A DNA stretch of 64,000 bases from Eledone cirrhosa (taxonomy: Eukaryota): contig OZ024743.1 of NCBI GenBank assembly GCA_964016885.1, positions 105,772,001 through 105,836,000 of the forward strand, read 5' to 3'. Below the pieces are notes generated by a model. The model was not told where the DNA came from, did no database searches, and was given only the letters and a program-made list of their open reading frames with translations. Position numbers and translations under genes: made by a program. This document shows, piece after piece, positions 43,300 through 55,270 of the stretch. Position 1 is the stretch's first letter. Every line of letters starts with the position of its first letter.

Positions 43300-46200
43300 T
43301 TCATAGTAAAACTCATTATTTTACAAAATATCATAGTAAGAAAAAATACATACCTCTTCACTACCCGCCGTCTTCAGAAATAATGTGTTTTGTTTATTGA
43401 AGAATACAAAAATCATACATATTAATAAATAAGTTTTATAACCAGGTTAAGGTTGACCCTGTAGTAAGAAGAATAGGAAGGGGCAGTATAGATCCTTAAG
43501 TTGGTAGTAGTAGATGAATAAATAAGCAGGGGATGAGGTATCAAATGACTTTTAAGAAAAAAAAGAAAGTTGCTAGGGTAAATGAATTTAGCCATATTGT
43601 ATATAAAAGTGTTGATGGTCAAAGAAGATTATGGTTGGAGGAAAAGGGGTGCTGAGATTAGTGTGTTACATCAAGTAGAATGGTATAGAACAATCTTAAA
43701 AGGTTAGTTATTTCTTTGTTGTGAGGAATAAGTTGTTCTAAAAATATATAATATTCTAAGTCGAGGAATATAATTGAAAACAAATGGAAGTAAAATTTAG
43801 ATATAATATAGATAGAATATTATATAGGTAAGAAAATACTAAAGTTTGTGTAAGTATTGTATTGCGTTAGAGTGGTTAGAATGAAGTTTTCTCTGTAGGG
43901 AATTATATTTTCGAATAAGAATTTATATTTATAATCTGTTTTTTTTTTAAATAAAAAAGGTTTAAATGGATTATTGAAAATATACACACGTATATACACA
44001 CATACATACATCCCTATATACATGCACACACACATAAACATACTATACTCACACACACATGCACATGTATAGTTACACATGTATATATATATAGGCATAC
44101 ACTTAGGCATACACATACATATACACACACACATATACATATTCACACACACTCACACGTTTTTTCTCCTATATCATTTTCTATATTTGTTTAGTTGTAT
44201 TTATAATATTTGAATGTCCTTCTAATTTTATGGTTACACACTATAATCAATTCTTGTTTCTTATTTAATAGAGTGTCCTTCGGTTTATTAATTTCAAAAA
44301 TTTCTTGGGAACACAGTCCACACTTCCTTCTATTGCCCTGATAAGAAATATATCTCTTAAGTATCTTCCAAGTTAGGTTATATTTAATATTCTTCTTTTT
44401 ACAATTATTAACTGCTTCTGCTAAAGAAGTGGTATTAGCTAATTTTGTGTTTCGGAAACTGTGGGTGTGTGCATAAAATCGCGATTTAAACGTATTAGAC
44501 CGTGGATCCAATATAGGATTGATTAGAGTCCTTAGTGGTGATTACACATTTAAATACAATATTATAAATTAAGCAATTTCCATTTAAGGGGCATTTATCT
44601 TTTATTCTACAATTACAACCGTTTGCATATAGGGTTTCAGATGTGCTATCCATATTCACAATAATAGTGCTAGTATTTGTGTTTACCTTTTTATTTGGGA
44701 GAGAAGGGTTTACGGTTGGATGGTTGGGGCCCGAATTGTTGTTAGTTGGTGAAATTATACTGGATATAGCGTTTATAGAATCATGGTTGTTTTGGAAGTT
44801 ATTGGTTAGATTGGGTATGTAATTCTTAGTCCCTATTAAGGATGAGGAAGGTGGTAGTTGGTTGTAGGCTGCTGTATTGTGCTGGTGAGGTGAGTGAGCG
44901 GATGTAGCAGGTGGGTATGTAGTAATATTCTGGTTACACGTTGTAGTATTACCGTAGTTATCTTGTGTGTAGTGTGGTATTGTGTGTGGTATACATGGAG
45001 CTTTTTTACATTTATAGATGTTATATGCATTTATTTTTTGTTGTATATTGCTCGATGTGGAGTAAGAAAATTTTACTGTATTTCTGTTTAAGATTTGATG
45101 GTATTTGTGGTGGGAAATGCTTATCGAGAATTGTTAAAAATCTTTTAGGGATTTGACCCATAGTTTGCAAGTTGAATGGAGCGTTATACCATGTAACATT
45201 TCGTTTATGGTTTCTAAAAGGTTTCCTCTTATTATATTGGATATGTATAGACGTTTGAGGGTAGATATTGTTATCAGATGAAATTATAATATTGTGATTG
45301 TTATTATGGGTGTGAACTAATTGTTTAGTAGATTTTTGAATTGTATTAGTTTTTGATTTATTACTTTTTGTTTGATTTGTAGAGGATATTGTGAGTTTTA
45401 TTAATGGAGCATTATTGATAGGACCTGGAACTTTGGTATCATTCTTGTTATCTACGGTAGTTCGGATATGTTTCCATGTTTTGTTTTGATTGCAAGGATG
45501 TAGTTTGGTTATGTTGAAGGTTCAATGAAATAGGTAATATATCATTAGGTTTATTGTGAGAATTAAGATGTAAGGTGTTATTATTAACTGCTCTTTTAAG
45601 AGTAGTGGAGTTAGGTGTTTTCGCACGGTTTGTAGTAATAATATTAGGTAAGTTATAGAAATATCCGGAATCGTTAGGATTGATGATTTTTAGAGAATTT
45701 ATGTCATTCGTGTTAATGTGGATATTGGGAGTAATGGTAGGATCTAGGTTTTTCGGTGTTTCATTGCTGGCACTAACATTTTGGTGTTTTCTTCATGGTG
45801 TTAGGTATGTAAAATAGTTTATAGCCACTTCTAGTTAAAGCCTCATTATAATAAGGTGCATTTTTATAGAATATTTCTTCATTGGATGATAATTTAGATA
45901 ATCTGAGTGAGATATTGTACACTAGATTTTTTAGTATGGAACTAGGGTGGTGAGATAGTGAGTGTATATAATGGAGGTTTTAGTTTGGTTTGTGGTAGGG
46001 TTGGTAAGTGCCTGTAGATAGGTCTAAAGTGATGTCGAGGAAATTGACTAGTTTAGTGCTATTTTCAAAAGTAACTGTAAGATTATAGTAATTTTTGAGA
46101 AATTTCCTAATATGCTTTTTATTTCTCTCAATTGCTGAGAGACTAACATTGTTAGATAGAAGAAGTCATCGTGATATAGACCACCTTTGAGGTGGGGAAA

Positions 46201-47330
46201 AGAGGAATTTAAATTGTATAGGAGGAAGAGACCCCCAAGTTCCGTAACCGGGGCAGAATCCATCGAGCCTATAGTAATATCATATAAATCACTATATGTA
46301 TTTCTAGTCCAATACTCGTCTTGGAAGTCCAATATAGTTTGTCTGGCGTGTGTGATGATCTTAATTTCATTCATAGTTAAGTCCGATCTATTTTCGGCGA
46401 AAATTAATGCTTTGTTCAGTAGTATGGGGGATATTGATGAATAGTATGCATCGACCTCGAATTGGAGAAATGAAGCTGAGACCTTATTTTTGATGTTGGT
46501 GAACCAATTGATAACTTGGGAAGTGTTTTCCCATAGCGGTAGTTTTACATGTTTCCTTAGTTGTGGCATAATTTTATCAAGAATCTTTTTGCTTATTACT
46601 CCAATGTCCGACTTAGAGGGGCATATGAGTCTAATCGATGGGTTTGAGTTGAAGTCAGATTTATGATCTTTCAGATTAAAGTGTGGATTTTTTGGTGTGA
46701 AAGGTTCGGTTCTATCTTCGATGTTGCGTTCCTGTATGATTTATTGTTTATCAAGGTGAGTGCTGTACTACTGATTTTCTTGTAGTTCTTCCTTAGTTCT
46801 TTATAAATGAACTGGTTATATTCATCAATGTTCATATGGTATAAGTTACCAGTTTTGTCAGAGTGGATAGGAACTTTACTAGAGATTTTTTTTAGTTTAA
46901 ATAGCGTAGAGTCCAATTCTTTTTGAAAGTTTGATTTGTGTTTCTTAAATTTTATGTGTTTAATCATATTGAGTAAATCTTATCAAAATTTTCAAGTATA
47001 GAATTGTGAGGAGGGTTTTTGTATTTGCGAAAGTCATAAAGGTTTTTCTTCTCATCTCTTTTGGTTTTGTTATCGGAGTGGTATGCCCGCCAACGAACTC
47101 TTCTAATAAATTGGTTAGTTTTTTGTATAAGAAGAAGAATGAGTTTTATTATGAATTAACCGTATTTTGTTTAATTTCATTGACTTAATATTTCTATTTT
47201 TGACTCTGTATCCAATGAATTATATCGTTGAAAATTTTGTATTTTAAACTTTGCTTCACGACCTCTTCTACATACGGATTTCATTGCGTTCTCCATACGG
47301 TTTTGACCCTACCATTGATTGGTAGATTTA
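43300..47330 (-). mobile_element. Nearly full-length decayed Naiad-like PLE
   Basis: FIRRVRWRAY, SDKTGNLY, IRLICPSKSDIG, FLQFEVDAYYSSI, IGSMDSA, GLYHDD, NFLDITLDL, TWYNAPFN, CNCRIKDKCPLNGNC, YIGST..FKSR, CGLC, CNH. Confidence 0.9.
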
Positions 47331-47379
47331 TCTGTATATATATATATATATATACACTATATCTATCTCTCTCTCTCTC

Positions 47380-47437
<58 letters not shown>

Positions 47438-47440
<3 letters not shown>

Positions 47441-47722
47441 GTAATAAACAACATAAGGCAATTATTCCATTTACCAGTGGTTTCTTAAAAGCAAAAGATT
47501 TTGCTTTCAATCCTCAGAATGAAAAAATCCTGGTCTGTTTATTGAATTTGGACTTAAAAAAAAAAAAAAAAAAAGTTTTTGTTTTTTGTTGTTTTTTGTT
47601 TTTAAAATCCAAATTCAATAAACAGACCAGGATTTTTTCATTCTGAGGATTGAAAGCAAAATCTTTTGCTTTTAAGAAACCACTGGTAAATGGAATAATT
47701 GCCTTATGTTGTTTATTACATA
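47438..47722. repeat. Perfect 115-bp inverted repeat (47438..47552 / 47608..47722) with A/T-rich spacer
   Basis: Arms checked base by base as exact reverse complements. Confidence 0.95.
47637..47694 (+). ncRNA. Canonical minimal type-I hammerhead ribozyme (mirror copy at 47466..47523 on minus)
   Basis: TTCATT-CTGAGGA-TTGAAAGCAAAA-tc-TTTTGCTTTTAA-GAAAC-CACTG-GTA^-AATGGA: intact core, stems I and II, near-palindromic stem III ACCA-C-TGGT. Confidence 0.85.
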
Positions 47723-47814
47723 AATATTAAGCTCTGTTACCTACATAGAGCACTCTTTTTTCCTGGACTTTTCCGACGGAATTACTTCATTCACACATAT
47801 ATATATATATATAA

Positions 47815-48235
47815 ACACACACAGATAGCGAAGTCAATGTTTTCATGATGTCGTAATGCAGATAGATACATAGCTATAACGTCGCGCCCGGCAAGACGGC
47901 ACTCATGGCTTAGCAATTACATAGTCAATGGCTCGGAAACCACAATGGTTCGGAAATCACATTCATCACGGGTTTACTCCTTACTCTACCAGTTAGTCTT
48001 AGTGTACTTCGTCCTGCTTTTAGGTCATGCCACGAAGGAAGAGATACTCCATTGGCCGAAATACTGCGAAAGCGGCAAGAAAAAGTACAAGGCGGGCAAA
48101 CAAATCGTCAGTGGAATTTGATATTCGCCGGTCGCAAGGCCGAGGTATACCGTACTTCTCTGTACTATTTCAGAAAGGAGAGATAAACAGGCCAATCTAT
48201 GTTTAGAATCCCGAGCAACGCCTGGCCATTATGCT
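47815..48235 (-). mobile_element. Non-autonomous Helitron-like fragment
   Basis: 48050-48235 is the reverse complement of about 41400-41570; 47815-47890 shares blocks with 41018-41125. Confidence 0.55.
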
Positions 48236-48375
48236 ATTACTATGCTATATATTTTCAACAGTAATACTATACTATATGTTTTCAACAGTCATACTATACT
48301 ATATATTTTCAACAGTAATATTGTATTATACTATATAATACTACTATACTATACTATAACAGTAATAGTATACTA
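48236..48375. repeat. Short AT-rich minisatellite
   Basis: 3-4 degenerate units of tactatatattttcaacagtaatac. Confidence 0.7.
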
Positions 48376-48495
48376 CATAGACGGCTTATGGTCTTTTTAA
48401 CCAAGCGAAGCTAGGTACGTCAGCTATATATATATAGCTGGATGCCGTAGAACACACCAACGGTAACCGGACGCCAGCAGGAGGCGCCAGCTAGA

Positions 48496-48583
<88 letters not shown>

Positions 48584-48584
48584 G

Positions 48585-48933
48585 TATGTAAAAGGTAAAC
48601 AGAAATAACAACACAGTCGGTACAGCATATGGAAGGTATATATTAGGTTGATATAGCAGGAAGAGGGTCTTAACGTTTCGGAAGCTAGTCCTTCATCAGA
48701 AGAAAGAATGAGAAATAAAATAGATTGAGGGGACGGGCTGGATGGATTTGGAAGAAATGTCTTTAGATAAAAATAACAGGTCCATTCATGTTGACATCTC
48801 TTGCAAAACTGTTGGTGCTGGCGTTTTGAGTATGATTTATTTTTTAGGAAAGTGGTTGATGGAGCGCGTCTACCTGAAATGGAAAAAAAAAGCGTTTTGT
48901 AAAAAGAGCTATACTTGTCCACGTGCGTAAGCA

Positions 48934-48976
<43 letters not shown>

Positions 48977-50545
48977 ATATATGTCCGTACGAAGCTAAGA
49001 AGAAATGTGTGTGTACATGTGAGTAAAAGATTGTGTGTGCATGTAAGTACGAAGCTATGAGCAAAAGTATGTTTACATAAGGGTGTGTATCGGCATGTAT
49101 TAGTTGTAAGCTGCTAATGATCAAGAGAAAGCGTAGGAATCTAGGGGTTTGATAATGGACGGGGTATTAGAGAAAATAGGGAAGGGAGTTGAGTCCAAGA
49201 GGGGAATAGGACACAAAGCGTTGAATCAGACTTTGTTCAGTCCAGCTGCGCGAAGCCTGTGATCCATGTAGGGAAGAATGACAAGGAGAACAGAAATGAC
49301 GAGCGACAGAAGTATCCAAAACGAGTCTGATCTCCCTCAAATATTCGGCAAAACGGTCCACTATACGGCGTCCCGTTTGTCCGATATATAAAGACCCGCA
49401 AAGGGAACACCGGAGGGCATAGACAACGTGGGTGGATGTGCAGATGAAGGAATGGCGGATGCGGAAAGACCCGTTAGGGCCTGTAAGAGTGGTGAGAGTA
49501 GAAATAAAGGGACAAATGTTGCAGCGGGAACGTGAACAAGGATAAGAGCCGGGTGGAGTCGTGGGAGGGGATGAAAAGGAACTGCAAACCAGAAGTTTGC
49601 GGAGGTTGCGGGCGCGTTTAAAAGCAGTAATTGGTGGGTTTGGAAAAAAGCGAGAAGTGACGGGGTCAGAAGAGAGGATACAGAAGGAACGGATGATATG
49701 TCGCCGGAGTAGTAGGGTCATGGGGTGGTAGGTGAGAGCGAAAGGAACACGGGTGTTGGGAGGGCGGAGGTCAGGTGAGAGGGCTATGGTGCGGTCTGTT
49801 TTACGGGCGTGGGTGAGAGCAGCTTGGATCAAGGTGGGGTATATCCACGCTGGATGAGGCAGGAAGCCATGCGAAGGGAATGGGTTTCGAAATCGTCGTC
49901 CTCACTACAGACTCGACGAATACGCAGGAATTGGGAATGGGATGGGGAGTGTTTGGTTTGGATTGGATGGGAGGAGGTGAAGTCGAGATAAGATTAGGAT
50001 TGTTAGTTTAATGAAGATGGGAGTAGAGAGGGTGTGGTGAGAGTGATTAATAGATAGAGAGATATCGAGAAAAGCGACAGAAAAATCGGAGACGGAGGCG
50101 GTGAAATTAAGAGCAGGATGCAAAGAAAACAGTCGAGCTGTTCTCGTGATAGAGAGGTGGTACCGATACAGTCGTCGATATAATGACCGTATAACTCAGG
50201 AGTCGGTCCAGCGTACTGGGAGAAGATCTGGGTTTCGACGTATCCAACAAACAAGTCGGCATAGTTTGGACCAATTCTGGTTCCCATCGCTACCCCAGAG
50301 ACCTGCTGGTAAAATTCACCCGAAAAAGAAAATGCATTAAGGGTGAGAACAAGCTCAGCCAGGCGGAGAAGAGTGGTAGTGCTGATGTAAAGGGTAGGGT
50401 ATTTTGGGGAAGAAGTAGATGGTGGGTGTGCGAGGGGTGCGTACAATAAGGTTGGTGGCTGTGGGAGGTAGGTGAGAGGAGGAGATGGGCTCGTGGATGC
50501 TGGAGGACACGGGTTTTTGGTAGCCAGGAGTGGGGTCGGAGGATA
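48585..50545 (-). mobile_element. Poseidon-type PLE, 5'-truncated and internally deleted
   Basis: FYQQVSGVAMGTRIGPNYADLFVG, YIDD, AFLDI, LTYHP, CSRSRCNIC, VVYALRCSLCGSLYIGQTGR, PLGLN. Confidence 0.92.
48668..48705 (-). ncRNA. Minimal hammerhead motif in PLE 3' end
   Basis: TCTT-CTGATGA-AGGACTAGCTTCC-GAAAC-GTT-AAGA; a decayed relative lies at 11857-11888(+). Confidence 0.75.
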
Positions 50546-50745
50546 TAGTATATATAAATGAATCTATAGATACTATATTTGGCAATATACCGTATGTTTA
50601 ATTAAAATCATTTTGAAGACCTTGCGCTATCATTTTTAAAGTAGTGACTATATCACTTACTTCATTTTTCGGCAAAAAGCAGGGAGAGAAGCTCACAGAA
50701 TCTGTTTCACGCTGTTGGCGATCCTATATATATATACATACATTC

Positions 50746-50787
<42 letters not shown>

Positions 50788-50796
50788 CTAAAAATG

Positions 50797-51456
50797 AGCG
50801 AGACTCGAATTTCAGCCCATGAAATAACGAGAAAACACTTTCGAATTGTGAGGCAAGCGCTCAATAATTCAAATGAATAAGAGCTTAAAACTTACGTTAA
50901 AGGCCAAACACACTGAGATGGTGGTTAAACTAATCATCCACACAGCGAAGACTCGATCTCCTATTTCGGGTCAAACAGATATACAGATATAAAAATATGT
51001 GAAAATATACCTGTTTGATACTCACCCAGACCCCTGGGATGATAGTAAAGTCCAGTGTTGGGGTTTCTGCGGCTCCATAAGTCATTTACTGTCCACTTAC
51101 ATAAATGATGTTAAGTTTCTCGTATCCTGACTGAACTAGGAGTATGCGTCAACGGGATTCAGTTCGAAAGTCCACATAGATGTGTCTGCAACTGACCCCA
51201 CGTGGGGTTAAGCAAGGGAGGCAACACCTAAATTAGGGGATTGAATTCATCTGTGTATAATATTGCGAAAATGCAAAATATCACAAATCGAATGAATCTC
51301 TCGACAGAGTGGTTAAATATAACACAGCCATTCAGCAGTCAATAGAGTAGACTAAAACCAGTCAATAAAATTATCTGGCCAATAGCTAGACTCTGGAGAT
51401 TAATACAAGTAAAAATTAGCGAGAATCGAATTTCAGCCCATGAAATAACGAGAAAA
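50797..51456. repeat. About 660-bp segment bounded by about 39-bp direct repeats, between (TA)n tracts
   Basis: agcgaga(c/a)tcgaatttcagcccatgaaataacgagaaaa at about 50797..50836 and 51418..51456. Confidence 0.75.
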
Positions 51457-51485
51457 TATATATATATATATATATATATACATAC

Positions 51486-51550
<65 letters not shown>

Positions 51551-51560
51551 CGTATATATA

Positions 51561-51620
<60 letters not shown>

Positions 51621-51623
51621 TAC

Positions 51624-51662
<39 letters not shown>

Positions 51663-51664
51663 CG

Positions 51665-51740
<76 letters not shown>

Positions 51741-51749
51741 CGTACATAC

Positions 51750-51814
<65 letters not shown>

Positions 51815-52889
51815 CGTGTGTGTGTATGCGTGCGTGCGTGTGTGTGTGTGTTTTTGTGTGCGTGTGGCATGACATGCAATACAATATTCCATTTTTTTTT
51901 TTTCAGTTTTCTGAACTGGAAGAGCATTTGCTAATAGTTTTATCTGTAGCATTCGGATGGCGCTAAAATCAATGCGTTAATCTCTACATATTAATAATTT
52001 CAAATCAACGATTGTAGAAAAAGCACGTACCAGTTTTAAATTATGGTAGCCTAACACTGTGAAGACGAAGGCCTGGCGAAGTGGTGTACGGTGTGAAGCC
52101 TGCAACCTTTTATCTCCATTAATAAATATACCTACATAAACGACGATCCGATGCCTTGTCTGGAAGCAGAGACGTAATATGTGTAGTAACCATGCAGAAT
52201 GTCAATCTCTTCTCTGCTGATGTACCTCTATGAGTATATCGAACGAAAGACGCAGAAGAAGTATTTAGTTTGGGATATGGAAGTACATACTATGTGTTTC
52301 GAGATAAAACGGGAGATTTTGTTTGAGTAATTGATTACATGTGACTGAAGTACAATGCTCTCACTCTTAAAATAGCAGATAGACGTAACACGTGTATGTT
52401 GTGACAATGAAGGAACTCGTGACTTTTGGTTGAGTTATCAGTCATTAATTGTAGCATATAGTTTCATCCGCGAATAGTCGAAGCAATGTCGAACATATGA
52501 CAGCAATATTTTATTGTGGGTCTCACAGAAGATTTACAGAATATCAATATTTGTAGGAGGATAAATTATTTTCTGTCTGAGCACTAGAAGACAGATCTTT
52601 GGGAAACTCTATATCGAGGATGTACTTTCACAGTCAAAGGGCATCCGTTTTGGTGAAATTTAGCACTTGTATGATTCCTGAGGCTATTAGTTGCGTTTGG
52701 TAGATATTTAAGGGATAATATGAGGTACAATAATGCGGTATTCAATTGCGTAGTGATTGTATCATTGTGTATTTAAATGGCAGAAGTGTCTTGTCATCCA
52801 TTAGGAGGATTTTACCAAATTTTCCTTCACGGCAAAAGCTGAAAAAAAAATTAATTAGAGAATATTAAAAAGAGAAATCTAAAAGAGTT

Positions 52890-53260
52890 TGGACAGTTAA
52901 TTAGAAAGAAAATGGTTTACAGCGACTATAATTAAGAAGAATGGTAAGAGAGGAATAGACACATCACGAATTATGTGGATGGAAAATTTCAAGAAGTAGA
53001 CAGTTTGAAATAGAGTAGATGTATTAGGACAAGTTAGGAAATACAAATAAAGAGTTCCATATTGCTCGACATCAGACAGTCTGTGATGGTATTTTATTGT
53101 AGTCATTGCACATATGGCGAGGCGTCGATGTTGTATATGGATGCCACATAATTGCAGAAGGCTAAGGATGTATGTAAGATCGTATCATCTGTGTGTCTGT
53201 TTGTGGGTTGTTTGGAGTTGACATCTTCTAGGTTGTTGATGTATAGGAGGAGGAATGGTT
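52890..53260 (-). mobile_element. Ancient CR1/Jockey-type RT relic
   Basis: Minus strand PFLLLYINNL...HTDDTIL resembles LFLLYINDL...YADDT. Confidence 0.5.
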
Positions 53261-53487
53261 AAAGCAAGAGTTGATATATGGCTAATTAACCATGTTGCCA
53301 GTAAGCCTGGAGAATTATAAAAACAAAACATGAAGCTTACAATTAAAAACTTTTATATTGAGTGATAAAATGAAGTTTGACAGATGCATAGGATCGTTGA
53401 CACACGATCTGTTGATGTTTGCAGAAGTTGCCGAGATAATACAACATTTCCCCACACATCATTTGAATTTCCATATTAGGTAAAGTG

Positions 53488-53551
<64 letters not shown>

Positions 53552-53627
53552 AGGTGGATGCGTGTCTATATATACATATATATATATATATAAATGTGTG
53601 TGTGTGTGTGTGTGTAGGTGGATGCGT

Positions 53628-53665
<38 letters not shown>

Positions 53666-55190
53666 TTACTCCTGGCCTTAACTAGGAATAATTTAGAGAA
53701 GAATTAGGAATTAAATTTTTGTTTTTCTTTATTTTTTTTTCTACAGATATAATTAGTTTTTCAGGTATTAATTAACAGCAGTGTTATATATGTTTTTAAA
53801 TACTGTTTTATTTTAATAATCATCCGTTCGGTTAATTAGGTATTTATCCTCGAACATTTTACTCTTTAACGTAGACATTTCAAGGAATATAGAAGGAAAA
53901 TATGAATTTTCTTATTGTCAAGTGACACACCACTTTAAAACTCTTGTTATATTAAAGCTGAAGATTTTAAAACTTATCTTTATGGCAACAGAAAATATGT
54001 CTTTACAACATTATTCAATGAACATTTCTAATTAGAAAAGTAATTAATAATAATACCTGTTTGTTTGTCACTATCAGAAGCACTGCTAAGAACAGAATAA
54101 TAAATATCACTATCATCATAAATATAATTCAACTTGCCGTCGTTTGTTCCTATACTCCAAACGCTAACTAATGCTTCTCCACCCCGTTTCCTACCCATCA
54201 GTACCACCACCACCATCATCATCATCATTATTCTGCTTGTCATTGTCGACGCTGTTATCTTCAGGATCATCATTAACATCACCATATTTTACAAGCTTAA
54301 ACGCATCATAATCCTCATCTTTTCAACCACGTACAATGCTACACTATCCACCATCACCACCAAAATACACCAACACGAATATCATTAACATTATCGACAT
54401 CATCATCACCAAGCATAATCTCTCAATTAGATAATTTGTGAAAAACTCATTCTCTCTCCCACTATCTCTTTATTTCTCTCTTTTAATATCTCACTCTTTT
54501 AATATCTGTTTCAAACCTCTATATTCGCCTCTTTTTCATAAATTCTCACCAGATTTACCCCTGTATATCTTTCTATATGGCTGTCTCTTTCTCTCATTCA
54601 CCAACTCACTCTAACGCGAACATACATTATTTCTTCTAGTCACCTTTATTTGCTCTCCATTTGCCTGTTGCTAAGCACAGCTCTCAGTGGCTGCACAGGA
54701 GAAAAAACAACATAATATGCCTCAAGACTGTTTTTGATTTCCCAGTTATTTTTTTCTCCATATTTCAATATTGAACAAAGAAAATAAAGCAAACATCTTT
54801 CTTGCCATGAATAAATACAAACAACAATAACAAAAGAACAAGTAACTGAACTCGTATAAAAGATATAGTGTAAAATGTTTCTTTGTTGTTGTTTTTTTGT
54901 GAATTCTTACTATCATAATATATTGCTACTTATTCGTTTTTTTTAAATATTTTATACTTTATATATGTTTATTTTGTGATCCTATTTTGTAATCAGAGAC
55001 ACAACTACAAGCTTAATGTCTATTTTTTCATGGCCCAATAGTTAACAAAGACCTATTATTTTGTTCTTATATGAGAAGGGTGATTTAAAAGAAAAAAAAA
55101 TAATAAAAGCGAACAAAACGCTAATGTCTATCAAAACTCACAAATCAATTGATAAGAGAAGAGAACAACACAAACAGCACAAAACAGAAA

Positions 55191-55241
<51 letters not shown>

Positions 55242-55270
55242 TATTATTATTATTATTATTGTTATTGTTA

